Assembly (NCBI GenBank): GCA_963735035.1
Contig: CAVTJJ010000006.1
Coordinates: 96,001-160,000 of the forward strand
DNA length: 64,000 bases
Direction: 5' to 3'
Source of the DNA: an uncultured candidate division Zixibacteria bacterium
GTDB taxonomy: Bacteria; Zixibacteria; MSB-5A5; GN15; FEB-12
Shown: one piece after another, positions 38,725 to 48,538 of the stretch
Position numbering within the stretch: the first letter of the stretch is position 1
Layout: each line of letters starts with the position of its first letter
The notes under the pieces: generated by a model
The model's input: the letters and a program-made list of their open reading frames with translations, nothing else
Database searches by the model: none
What the model was told of the DNA's origin: nothing
Translations under genes and position numbers: made by a program

Positions 38725-40934
38725 AGAAATCAATCTGTTTGGCACTGGGTGTGATTCTGGCGGCGGCGCTGAGCATCGCGGCGGAAGACTTGACGTTGGA
38801 ACAGCAGCGGGGAATTATCGAGCGGTACATGTACGTTACGGGTCAGACGCCGCCCGCGCCGGCGTCGCTGGTGGATCAAGCTGCCCGAGCTGAACGGCCC
38901 GAAAAATGCGGTACCCCCGCAATTCTGGATTTCGAGCGCAATCGCGACCGGCTGGATCGTGGCCTGATGCAGGCTATGGGTGTCCTACCGGCCAGTCGGC
39001 CCGTGTGTGATACTTCCTACGGAGTTCCTGGAGGCTACACGCTCATCCATTATGACACTTCAGGTGCCGCCGCACCCTGGCAGGTGCGGGTAGATGAGGA
39101 CCATGACGGAGTGCCCGATTACGTCGAAAGCCTCGCCATGATCGCCGACTCGTGCTATGTTCACGAAGTCGATACGCTCGGCTATCCTCGGCCGCTGAAT
39201 GATTCCTTTTGCAGGGAGGGCGGTGACGCTCGGGTTGATATCTATATCGATTCGATGCGGGCGGGAATGTACGGAACAACCGACTCGGAGGCCGATTGCG
39301 ACAGCGCCACATACCTGCATCAGGGCGCCTGGATAACAATCGATCGCGACTTTCAGCAGATACCTCAATATAGAGGTCGCCCTCTTGACGCTGCCCGGGT
39401 GACTTTGGCCCATGAGCTGTTTCATACCATCCAATTCAATATTAATGTCAGCGAGCACGTTACCTGGATGGAGATGACCGCGGTCTGGATGGAAGAGGAA
39501 ATCTACGATCAAATCAATGACTACTATTTGTACGACTCACTCTTCTTCTTCAATCCCAGGACTTCTCTGCAAGACACCATCGACACGTATCACAAATACC
39601 AGGCGGTGGTGTTTCCGATTTATCTCAGTGAAAAATATGGACGCGATATCATCAAGGCGGTGTGGCATCGCTCTGAAGCATTCGATTATGGATGGAACTA
39701 TCTTAAGGCGGTAGACTCCATGGTCGATTCGGCGAGTCAGAGCCCGGCCCACGCCGAATACCGGTGTCTATGTCGAGACAATAACGGCGATCAATGCTTG
39801 GAAATGGATACGTTGCCGATTCGACAGAACTTGGCATCTGCCATGGCTGAGTTCGCGGTCTGGAATTTCTTCACCGGCCCTTACGCCGCCCAGGCCCCTA
39901 ACGGTATCGGGTACAGCGAAGGATCTCATTATTCCAGCATTCCTCTCGACAGTCTTGACATACGTAGAGAGTATCCTACCTGCACTACAGCGGATCCTCC
40001 CTGCACTATAGCGGATCCTACCTTACTCCCGAGTCCCAACGGGACCGCCTACATACGGCTGGAAAATATTCAGGCGATGAATCTCGATTCTTTGCTGTCG
40101 ATGTATGTTGTTCCTGAACCCGATCCGGTTCTTCGCTGGGGGGTGACTGCCATTTATCAGTTGGAGAATCAACCCGATTCCTACGTGGTTGTTTCTGACG
40201 TGGTTGACACCTTTAAGACATGGGCCTGCACCGATTCGGTCAGCGCCGATTGTTCGAGCTGGATCTGCACAGATTCGACCCTGTATCAGGGGGGCCGGTT
40301 TCTGGGGGACATGCTCGGAGACTGGACCTGTCTGCGATGCAAAGATCCGGTGAGTTGCGTCTGCCCGCTCGATTCCCCCAGGGTCTGTTCCGACACTACC
40401 ACTTGCGCCGATTCGGCCCGGGTCATCAATCTGCATTCATATCGATCGGTTACTCTGGTTCTCACGCCAAGCACGCGGATCGTGGGTCCATTTCTTTTCG
40501 GGAATCTCGTTCCAGTCAAATTCGGTATTTTCAACAGATCAACGGTTGATGAAAACCTGGTCGATCTGACTCCGGCGGTGTTGACGCCTTACCCCAACCC
40601 GGCGGTGGTTAGTGAGATGAACGGCCAGGAACTGGTTTTCAGATACCGGGCGAGCACCGACAGTCTGAGCTTTGCCGCGACGACCAATCCCATACTTGAG
40701 TTGGAAATCTATACGGTTGCGGGTGAACTGGTCCGCACGATGGAAGTTCCTTTCGGCGACGATCGTTATGGTCCTCGTCCGGGCGGCGGCTATGATATCG
40801 GTTGGGATATGAAGAACCAGTCAGGGAAGGATGTTGCATCGGGAGTATACCTGGCGATAGCCAGGTTGTTTGACGGCGGTCATAGGAAGTTGCAGTTAGT
40901 CGAAAAGCAGGTCAAGGTCGCTGTGATCCGATGA
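38721..40934 (+). CDS. Secreted zinc metalloprotease (MXAN_6640-like) with Cys-rich inserts and FlgD-Ig/T9SS-like CTD
   Basis: Signal peptide, KCGTP, DHDGVPDYVE, AHELFH (HExxH)...WMEMTAVWMEE, CTD PYPNP...IYTVAGELV...WDMKNQSG.DVASGVY...KVAVIR. Confidence 0.72.
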   Translation: MKKSICLALGVILAAALSIAAEDLTLEQQRGIIERYMYVTGQTPPAPASLVDQAARAERPEKCGTPAILDFERNRDRLDRGLMQAMGVLPASRPVCDTSYGVPGGYTLIHYDTSGAAAPWQVRVDEDHDGVPDYVESLAMIADSCYVHEVDTLGYPRPLNDSFCREGGDARVDIYIDSMRAGMYGTTDSEADCDSATYLHQGAWITIDRDFQQIPQYRGRPLDAARVTLAHELFHTIQFNINVSEHVTWMEMTAVWMEEEIYDQINDYYLYDSLFFFNPRTSLQDTIDTYHKYQAVVFPIYLSEKYGRDIIKAVWHRSEAFDYGWNYLKAVDSMVDSASQSPAHAEYRCLCRDNNGDQCLEMDTLPIRQNLASAMAEFAVWNFFTGPYAAQAPNGIGYSEGSHYSSIPLDSLDIRREYPTCTTADPPCTIADPTLLPSPNGTAYIRLENIQAMNLDSLLSMYVVPEPDPVLRWGVTAIYQLENQPDSYVVVSDVVDTFKTWACTDSVSADCSSWICTDSTLYQGGRFLGDMLGDWTCLRCKDPVSCVCPLDSPRVCSDTTTCADSARVINLHSYRSVTLVLTPSTRIVGPFLFGNLVPVKFGIFNRSTVDENLVDLTPAVLTPYPNPAVVSEMNGQELVFRYRASTDSLSFAATTNPILELEIYTVAGELVRTMEVPFGDDRYGPRPGGGYDIGWDMKNQSGKDVASGVYLAIARLFDGGHRKLQLVEKQVKVAVIR
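39979..40019 (+). repeat. 21-bp tandem duplication within the protease gene
   Basis: CCTGCACTACAGCGGATCCT / CCTGCACTATAGCGGATCCT encoding CTTADPP-CTIADPT. Confidence 0.85.
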
Positions 40935-41461
40935 CTTCCCGGGTCAGACTAGTTGCGCGCATTGCCCTGTTGTCAGCTCTGATTTACGTCTTGTCATGGG
41001 CGACGTCGTACTTTCCGAGCGTCAATGCGGCCTATTTTGTGGCTTTTTCCGCCGGTTGCCTTTGGGGGTTCGGCCCCGGGGCGGCGGTAGGGGCACTGGG
41101 GATGTGGCTCTGGACCAGTTTCAATCCCCTCGGTCCGGCCCCGTTGCCGATTGCCCTGGCGCAGATATTCGGTATGGCGATCTGCGGGTGTCTTGGCCCG
41201 TTCTTTCGCTTCCTCTTGAAGGATTCCCGACAATCGCTTCTATTCTGGCCCTGGCTTATTCTGGCCGCAACCGCGTGTACGATCATTTATTATCTGCCGG
41301 TCACCATTATCGACGCCTGGCTGTTTCAGCCGTTCTGGCCCCGCATCGTGATCGGTCTCCCGTTTGTTGGGATCTCTCTGGTGGCCAACGCCGTCATTTT
41401 CCCGTTGCTTTTTGGCGCTACACGACGGATATCTGAACGTGATGGTACCCTTGATGGCTGA
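40931..41461 (+). CDS. ECF transporter S component (CbrT/BtuM-like, substrate uncertain)
   Basis: Small highly hydrophobic protein with IALLSAL (AxxxA) in TM1, P.V loop, G..G..VG, NP.G. Confidence 0.62.
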   Translation: MTSRVRLVARIALLSALIYVLSWATSYFPSVNAAYFVAFSAGCLWGFGPGAAVGALGMWLWTSFNPLGPAPLPIALAQIFGMAICGCLGPFFRFLLKDSRQSLLFWPWLILAATACTIIYYLPVTIIDAWLFQPFWPRIVIGLPFVGISLVANAVIFPLLFGATRRISERDGTLDG

Positions 41462-43481
41462 TTTCGCGCGCAGGACTCTATTTCTGCTTCTGATATTGTC
41501 AGGTCCGGCCTGGGCCCAGACCGAAACTGACAGTGTGAAATCAGACACTACCCGTCCGGTTCCGACCGTTCCGTCTCAGACCATCAATGATTCCATCCTG
41601 ATGCTCAATCCGACCATTAAACTCGACACCCTCACGGACGCGCAGCGTCTGCTGGTCGAGTTCGAGACCCGGTATCGATTGAGGCAGAAAGAGCAACCGA
41701 CGGCCAGGGCAAAGCCACGGATGTCCGTTCAAGACAGCCTGACCGCCTACTATCTCCCCGCGCGATGGAACCTGCGGGAAGATATCGATCGCTCATTCTA
41801 CCACGACGCCGGGGATTATTTCCGATCCGATCCGAGTTACTTCGTACTCGAACCTCAGGTTTCCCCGATGAGGAAGACCGTTCAGCCATATGGGTTGGCC
41901 GGGGACCGGATGTCATTCCTGGTCGAAGGGGCATCGCTTCATCCGTTTGAGCATGTGGTCGAGCCCGATGGACTGGTTGACCTGAATGATCTGCCGACCG
42001 CATTGGATCACACTGTCGCAATATTGCCGGGTCCGGTTGGGCTCGTCTTTGGCGCCGATCATTCGGTGGCCACACTGTACACGATGCCCGAAAAGATCGA
42101 CTCCACCGAGCCGCGCAGCAGTTTCATAGTGGATCAAGGTGGCGCTGGTTACTCACACACGCGGGGACGCTACTCCAAGAATTTCACCGACGGCCGCCAT
42201 ATCGATATGTCGATCGGCTATCGCAACGGTGATGGACTGGTCCAACAGGCCACAGACCGCGCCTACCAGTATACGGGCAACTTTATCATCCCGGTCGGAG
42301 AAAATTGGGATATTCAGGCCGACGGCCAGTTGTACAATCGCACCGGCTACTATCACGTCCGGCCGCTGGCGTTCGGGGCCGCCCTCAAGCGCGATCGTTT
42401 CGACCGCACCGCGCGGGTAAGTATAAGTCGGTACAATGCCGATCGAAACGCGAAATACGTCTTCGGTTACCGGCATATCCGCCAGGAGAGCGCGCTGGGT
42501 GGTGCATATGACGTAAACCTGAACCAGACGGGCCATGGCCTTTCTATGGCCCGCGAATGGTTTGCCCGTGGTCTGGCGCTCCGCGCAGAATTGGCGGGGG
42601 ACTATCTCAAGTACGATACCTGGTTCAATCAATATTCACGGTTGAGCGCCGATGCCAGCCTGCAGGTGGTTCGCCTGTCGCGACCCTGGGGCTACTCTGC
42701 TCTACTCAAACAGACCTATGCCGAGAAATATCGTTTCCTTCCGTCGGTGGCTGTGATGCTGAGACGCGACGTTGAAAAGTCGCTGGTGATGTTTTCACTC
42801 GGCTACAGCGAACGGGCGCCGTCGATGAACGAACTACACTTGCCCTATCAGGCCACCAAGCTCTACGCTTCCGGCTTCAATGACTATGCCGATCAGGGTA
42901 ACCCCGATCTGATTTCCGAGAAGATGTTCGAGGGAACAATGGAAGTGTCAGTCGGGCGTCCGGACAACAGCCTGAGCCTAACCGCGACCGGTGGGAAGAT
43001 CTGGGATGGCATCGACTGGATGCCGACCAAGGCAGGCGCATTGACCGTATTTGCTCCGCAACACGGCGACGTGACATTCTCTAACATTACATCAGTAGGT
43101 CGAGTACGACTCGCCGACTTCCTGCGGTTCAAAGGAGGCGGCAGCTATCACTTTGTCGACTACAAGCTAACCGACAACAGGGCATATACACCGAAGTATC
43201 AGGCTTTCTCCGGACTCGAACTGCACCTTTTCTGGCGGCAGAAGCTGATTGATTTCTGGGCCTACGGTGAACTGGTGTATGTGGGACGCTACGACGGATA
43301 TATAGAACCTGGTTTGGGAAACGAAGCCCTCACAAATGTGAAGTTGTCGTTCAGGATGGGGCACTTCCGGTTTCACTGGATTATGCAGAACTCCCTCTCG
43401 GCAGTCTTTAGGCCCCGTGACTATTGGGAAAACCCGGGATATGTCACGTCGTGGGGATTTGTCTGGGATTTCTTCGATTGA
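41454..43481 (+). CDS. Outer-membrane beta-barrel with plug-like domain (TonB-dependent receptor / putative porin)
   Basis: Signal peptide (AWA-Q), plug-like ILPGPVGLVFG, RAPSMNEL, GNPDL..E, C-terminal WGFVWDFFD. Confidence 0.62.
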   Translation: MADFARRTLFLLLILSGPAWAQTETDSVKSDTTRPVPTVPSQTINDSILMLNPTIKLDTLTDAQRLLVEFETRYRLRQKEQPTARAKPRMSVQDSLTAYYLPARWNLREDIDRSFYHDAGDYFRSDPSYFVLEPQVSPMRKTVQPYGLAGDRMSFLVEGASLHPFEHVVEPDGLVDLNDLPTALDHTVAILPGPVGLVFGADHSVATLYTMPEKIDSTEPRSSFIVDQGGAGYSHTRGRYSKNFTDGRHIDMSIGYRNGDGLVQQATDRAYQYTGNFIIPVGENWDIQADGQLYNRTGYYHVRPLAFGAALKRDRFDRTARVSISRYNADRNAKYVFGYRHIRQESALGGAYDVNLNQTGHGLSMAREWFARGLALRAELAGDYLKYDTWFNQYSRLSADASLQVVRLSRPWGYSALLKQTYAEKYRFLPSVAVMLRRDVEKSLVMFSLGYSERAPSMNELHLPYQATKLYASGFNDYADQGNPDLISEKMFEGTMEVSVGRPDNSLSLTATGGKIWDGIDWMPTKAGALTVFAPQHGDVTFSNITSVGRVRLADFLRFKGGGSYHFVDYKLTDNRAYTPKYQAFSGLELHLFWRQKLIDFWAYGELVYVGRYDGYIEPGLGNEALTNVKLSFRMGHFRFHWIMQNSLSAVFRPRDYWENPGYVTSWGFVWDFFD

Positions 43482-43545
43482 CCTATGAACCGACGATTCG
43501 TTGTTCTTCCCGACGGAGTTCTGGTAGTCGATTGATGAGGTTGAT

Positions 43546-44103
43546 ATGGAATTGAAACTCAGCCGCGACGTTGCGTATGAGCTAGTCCTGACCCGGATCG
43601 GTCGTAACAATCTGCTCAAGCACGTACTCTCGGTCGAGGCCGGGATGCGACAAGTGGCTGAACTCCTGCACCAGGATGTGAATTACTGGGGTCTAATCGG
43701 TCTCGTTCATGATCTCGATTACAACGAGACCAAAGATGATCCGGCGCGACACACTTATGTAACGGCAGAGCTTCTCAAGTCGTATGACCTACCTGAAGAG
43801 ATGATGTATGCCATACACGCTCATCCGGGTCACGTGCCGTGCCGCTCGGCTCTGGACTGGGCGCTCTATTCGGTCGACCCAGCCACTGGATTCGTTGTAG
43901 CCTGTGCGCTGATGCATCCAGAGAAGAAGCTGTCCGTCCTCGATGGCGAGTTCATGATGCGTCGTTTCAAAGAGAAGCGGTTCGCGGCGGGGGCGGGGCG
44001 CGACGAAATCGCCGCCTGTTTGCATCTGGGGTTGGAGCTTGAGCCGTTCCTGCTGCTGGTTCGCGATGGCATGCTTAACATCAGAGAAGAGCTGGGGTTG
44101 TGA
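43546..44103 (+). CDS. HD/HDIG-domain metal-dependent phosphohydrolase
   Basis: KH.L.VE, GL.HDLDY, AI.AH, D..TGF..ACAL, KEK.FAAG..R. Confidence 0.85.
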   Translation: MELKLSRDVAYELVLTRIGRNNLLKHVLSVEAGMRQVAELLHQDVNYWGLIGLVHDLDYNETKDDPARHTYVTAELLKSYDLPEEMMYAIHAHPGHVPCRSALDWALYSVDPATGFVVACALMHPEKKLSVLDGEFMMRRFKEKRFAAGAGRDEIAACLHLGLELEPFLLLVRDGMLNIREELGL

Positions 44104-45431
44104 CGGGATCCGCGGGAGAAAGCATCTGGCGGCGGGACGTTTTCGGGTGGTCACTCTACGACTTCGCCAATACCATCTACTCCATGAACATCGTATCGCT
44201 GTATCTCAAGCGATACATAGTCGAAGACCTCGGCTATGGCGATCATTATTTCGACATTCCCTTTGCGGCATCAATGTTTCTCGCGGCGCTGGTACTTCCG
44301 GCGTTGGGTGCACTTTCCGATCACTCAGCCAAGAAGAAGACCTTCCTATTTCTTTTCACGCTGACCTGCTGCGCATCGGTAGGTCTGATGGCTTTAGTGC
44401 CGGGCTGGGCGATATTGGGGCTGGTGGTGCTGTTCATCATAGCCAATTTCAGCTATGAAGCGGCCCTGCCGTTCTATAACGCGCTGTTGTATTCGGTGGC
44501 CGAAGGACGCCAGGCACGATTGGTATCCGGTGTCGGTGTGGCCTGGGGGTACGTGGGGTCGATCGCGGGCATGGTTCTCGTACTGCCATTTGTACTCGGG
44601 GATATCTACGGCTGGATACTGCCACTGGTCAAGGCGGGAGGAAAGACTGCCGCATTCTTGCCCAGCGCTATTCTGTTCTTCTTGTTTGCGTTGCCCTGTT
44701 TTCTCTGGGTGAAGGAGAGGCGAAGCGCCAACTCAACTCACCCCGGTATCTTCGCGGCTTACCGCGAAGTGTGGCAGGCGGTTCGTGACACGAAGAGATA
44801 CCCCGGCGTGTTGCGTTTCCTGATCGCGGATTACTTCGTTGAAGACGCTGTGGCGACCGTCATTCTGAATATCGGTCTGTATTGTTCTATCGTCCTCTCG
44901 ATGCCGGAACAACAAATCACCACTTTTCTCATAATCTCAACCGTAACAGCCGTCCTTGGGTCTTTTGCAATCGGATTCTTATCCAAGAGATGGTCCCTCA
45001 GGCGCCTGTTGAATATCGTATTCGCCGGCTGGGTTGTGGCGCTGGTGGCGTTTGTCATGACCGATCACATGGCGGCGATCTGGGTTCTGGGCTCGCTGGT
45101 CGGTGTGCTCCTGGGCGGCCTTTGGACCACCACCCGGACTTTCCTGGCCGAGTTGGTGCCGCATGAAGAACTCGGCAAATTCTTCGGACTGTTTTCTCTA
45201 TCGGGTCGAGCCGCTGCGGTCGGAGGACCACTCATCTGGACGACCACAGTTTACCTGTTTAATCCCGATAGGACCCTCGGTCGATGGATAGACCGTCTCC
45301 TCGCGCTTGACAGTGCCGCCGCCGAACGGTTACCTTACAAGCTGGGAGTACTCTCCCTGGCGGTCATGGTGTTGGTCGGTCTGGTTATCTTCCAAGGTGT
45401 TCCGCGCAACGAGGCAAACACAAATGGCTAG
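44100..45431 (+). CDS. MFS transporter (UMF1/ATG22-like)
   Basis: WSLYDFANT, P.LGALSD, FYNALL, SG.G..WGYVGS, FFGLFSLSGR. Confidence 0.85.
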   Translation: MTGSAGESIWRRDVFGWSLYDFANTIYSMNIVSLYLKRYIVEDLGYGDHYFDIPFAASMFLAALVLPALGALSDHSAKKKTFLFLFTLTCCASVGLMALVPGWAILGLVVLFIIANFSYEAALPFYNALLYSVAEGRQARLVSGVGVAWGYVGSIAGMVLVLPFVLGDIYGWILPLVKAGGKTAAFLPSAILFFLFALPCFLWVKERRSANSTHPGIFAAYREVWQAVRDTKRYPGVLRFLIADYFVEDAVATVILNIGLYCSIVLSMPEQQITTFLIISTVTAVLGSFAIGFLSKRWSLRRLLNIVFAGWVVALVAFVMTDHMAAIWVLGSLVGVLLGGLWTTTRTFLAELVPHEELGKFFGLFSLSGRAAAVGGPLIWTTTVYLFNPDRTLGRWIDRLLALDSAAAERLPYKLGVLSLAVMVLVGLVIFQGVPRNEANTNG

Positions 45432-46478
45432 TCGAGTCGGCGACCGATACCACTATTCCGGCGCCCTGCATATTCACACGACCGAGTCCGATGGCACCGC
45501 ATCTCTCAAAGAGGTTGCCGAATTCGGACGCCAGGCCGGTCTCGACTTCTTGATGTTCACTGATCACATGGGGCTCACCAACCGGACCGCCGGGCTGGAA
45601 GGTTTCTATGGCCAGACGCTGGTAGTGGTCGGCTACGAACACAACGACACCGAAGACAATAACCACTACCTGATCTTCAAGTCGCCAGCTGTTTACGCGG
45701 ACAACTATGTCCGCACGTCAGTATGTCGAAGCCGCCCATCGCGACGGCGCTTTCGGAATCATTGCTCATCCGATCGAACACCGCAGCCGCGAGGGGAAAT
45801 ACCCGCCTTATCCATGGACAGAGTGGGAGACGGACCAGTTCGACGGGCTCGAAATCTGGAACCAGATGTCGGAATGGATGGAGAAACTAACCCGCTGGAA
45901 CAAGCTGGTCATGGCTTTTTCGCCGCGCAAATCCATGGTTGGGCCGCCTCCCGAGGCTCTATCGATCTGGGACAAACTCAATACCAAGCGTCGCTATGTA
46001 GGGGTAGCGGGTGTCGATGCGCACGGTTTCAAGGTGGATGTAGGTCCGCTCAAGGTCGAAATCTTCCCGTACAAAGTGCATTTTCGCTCTCTTCGCACAC
46101 ATATCATTCTCGACGAGCCTTTGTCGGCTGACTACGACGACGGCATCCAAGCAGTTTTACAAAGCCCTCGCCGATTGCCGCGTCTTCAATTCGAACTACC
46201 GCTGGGGCGACGCTGCTCATTTCCAGTTCTACGCCAACGATGGTTCTCGAACCGCCGTATCCGGTGACACTCTCGCGTGGCGTGAAGGGATCAAGTTGAT
46301 CGCTGAGGTTCCGGCGTACGCCACGATCAAACTGATTGGCAATGGCCGTCAGGTGGCGGAAGCAAATACGGATCATTTCGAATTCCCTGTTCGCGAACCC
46401 GGACTGTATCGGCTTGAAGTTTGGAAGGGGAAGCGGGGATGGATCTTCTCCAATCACATAAGGATCGGCGTTGACTGA
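45424..46478 (+). CDS. PHP-like (CehA/McbA-type) metallohydrolase; two apparent +1 frameshifts (~45706 and ~46138)
   Basis: GALHIHTT.SDG, TDH, E...NHYL; second frame IAHP, GLEIWN, GVDAHG; third frame FYKALADCRVF...YRLEV...WIFSNHI. Confidence 0.75.
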
Positions 46479-46905
46479 CCCCGCAAAAGGGAAGAAGCCA
46501 GTCAGCGTTTTTGACCTTGGCTTTGGAAATCCCGCTTATTCTGCCGGCTTGCGCGGCGGGGGACCGGGCGATTGGAAGTTTGTCATCATAGAAGCCACAG
46601 ACGCCCGCTATCTCGTTCTCGGCCCGGTGGCCAGGTACAAGTACCATGCTGGTCTGGTGAAACGATTCTGTGAGCTTCAGGGTGTGGCCTGTCTGACGGT
46701 CAAGAAACCTGACCTTGTTGAAGTGGTCGAGCGGGGAGTAAGGATTCGCGGTGGGGGGAGAGTCAGGTTCGACAAACCGAGCGGGGTCGTTCACTTCTTT
46801 GATAGTTCCCGCGCCTATGGACAGTTTGACCGCGACGAATTGACCGAAATTCTTGGCTCGTCTGACTTCCTGGAAGGGTTATCTGTGCAAATTGACCGGG
46901 GATAA
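46471..46905 (+). CDS. Putative Janus/Ocnus-family (PHPT1-like) phosphohistidine phosphatase
   Basis: [24 protein letters not shown] match PHPT1 [24 protein letters not shown] in order and spacing (by-eye alignment); TTG start with AAGGA RBS. Confidence 0.6.
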   Translation: [144 protein letters not shown]

Positions 46906-47028
46906 ATGCCTCGGCTGGCGGTGCGGTGTTCGGATGCGACATCCGTGCCTTCCCGCAAGCCATTGTGGTTCAATGACAGTCCGGGTGGAGTAAGGATTCC
47001 TGTTCACTTGGGGCTAAATGGGGCAAAA

Positions 47029-47062
47029 AGGATTTGACTTTACCGCGTACAAATCCTAAAGT
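47029..47062 (+). promoter_or_regulatory. sigma70 promoter of the nuo operon with overlapping inverted repeat
   Basis: TTGACT(47034)-N17-TAAAGT(47057); AGGATTTG-N13-CAAATCCT dyad. Confidence 0.55.
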
Positions 47063-47105
47063 AGCCGTCAACGTTTGAAATCGTTGGCGGCCAAAGGAAA
47101 GCAGC

Positions 47106-47462
47106 GTGTTTGAGGAGCTTTATCCGATTCTCTTTCTGCTGATTGTAGCGACCGTCCTGGCAGTCGCTTTTACAGTACTGTCTGTGCTGTTTGGTCGCCG
47201 CACCCGCCTTGGCAAGAAAAACCAGCCCTATGAATGCGGGATTGACCCGGTGGGAACCACCCGCGACCCGGTGCCGGTTAAGTACTTCATGGTAGCAATA
47301 TCTTTCATATTGTTCGATATCGAAATCGTCTTCCTGCTTCCGTGGGCGGTGGTGGCGCGCGATCTCGGTATGTTCGGATTCGGCGCCATCGCGGTGTTCG
47401 TGCTTCTCGTTCTCGTTGGCTATTTCTATGAATTAGGCAAAGGGGCCCTCAGATGGGACTAG
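47106..47462 (+). CDS. nuoA: NADH-quinone oxidoreductase subunit A
   Basis: PYECG, FILFDIE..FL.PWA, KGAL.W. Confidence 0.95.
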   Translation: MFEELYPILFLLIVATVLAVAFTVLSVLFGRRTRLGKKNQPYECGIDPVGTTRDPVPVKYFMVAISFILFDIEIVFLLPWAVVARDLGMFGFGAIAVFVLLVLVGYFYELGKGALRWD

Positions 47463-47959
47463 AAGAGAAGATTCCGGACTCAGTCATTCTGACCACGATG
47501 GACAAGATGGTCAATTGGGCGCGAAGGCGTTCAATGTGGCCGCTTGGTTTCGGATTGGCCTGCTGTGCGATTGAAATGATGGCCACGTTCATGTCGAAAT
47601 ATGACATGTCGCGCTACGGCATGGAAGTTTTCCGGCCTTCACCGCGTCAGGCCGATCTGATGATTGTGGCGGGACGGGTGTCGGTCAAGATGGCGCCGGT
47701 GATCAAGACCCTGTACGAGCAGATGCCCAATCCGAAATGGGTAATTTCGATGGGCGCCTGTGCCTCCTGCGGCGGCGTATTCAATAACTATGCGATTGTC
47801 CAGGGTGTTGATCGAATCATCCCGGTTGATATGTACGTTCCCGGCTGTCCTCCTCGGCCGGAGCAGTTGATGGATGCTATCCTGAAATTGCACGCGAAAA
47901 TAGACAAGGAATCTCTCAAGCAGAAGCATGAGGAGTGGGGCCGAGCGCTCCAAAGATAG
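47453..47959 (+). CDS. nuoB: NADH-quinone oxidoreductase subunit B
   Basis: [35 protein letters not shown]. Confidence 0.96.
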   Translation: MGLEEKIPDSVILTTMDKMVNWARRRSMWPLGFGLACCAIEMMATFMSKYDMSRYGMEVFRPSPRQADLMIVAGRVSVKMAPVIKTLYEQMPNPKWVISMGACASCGGVFNNYAIVQGVDRIIPVDMYVPGCPPRPEQLMDAILKLHAKIDKESLKQKHEEWGRALQR

Positions 47960-48022
47960 TCGGTAAGTCGGCCGGAATGTGATCCGTACGCGACCTCTTG
48001 TGAAGATTGGTGCAAGCGTTCG

Positions 48023-48538
48023 ATGGAAGATAAAGTAAGGCAGTGGCTTCAGAGTCGGTTCGCTGAAAGTATTGTCAGCGAGGTCAGCTTCCGGGGGCAA
48101 CAATCATTCTATGTCCGCCCTGAATCGATCTTCCCGATCTGCCAGGCTCTCGTTGAAGACCGCGAACTCGAAATAGGTTATCTGGCCGATATTACTTCCT
48201 GTGACTGGTTGGGACATGAGGCCGAGATGGGCGGGCGGTTTGAAGTCGTATACAACTTGTATAGTCTGTCCCACAAGTATCGATTCTTCCTCAAGGTCAT
48301 GTTGCCGGGTGACAACCCCCAGATCGCCAGCCTGACGCCTCTTTGGAATGGGGCCAACTGGCTCGAGCGCGAAGTCTGGGATATGATGGGTATTCGCTTT
48401 ACCGGCCATCCTGATCTTACGAAGATTCTGACCCCTGACGAACTCGAAGGTTTCCCGCTCCGTAAGGACTTCCCACTCACCTATGAGGTTCCCCAGTTTA
48501 ATTGGAACAAGGACCTGCCGCCGGAGGTGATCAAGTAA
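48023..48538 (+). CDS. nuoC: NADH-quinone oxidoreductase subunit C
   Basis: RFEVVYNL.S, ANWLERE.WD..GI.F.GHP, PLRKDFP. Confidence 0.95.
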   Translation: MEDKVRQWLQSRFAESIVSEVSFRGQQSFYVRPESIFPICQALVEDRELEIGYLADITSCDWLGHEAEMGGRFEVVYNLYSLSHKYRFFLKVMLPGDNPQIASLTPLWNGANWLEREVWDMMGIRFTGHPDLTKILTPDELEGFPLRKDFPLTYEVPQFNWNKDLPPEVIK

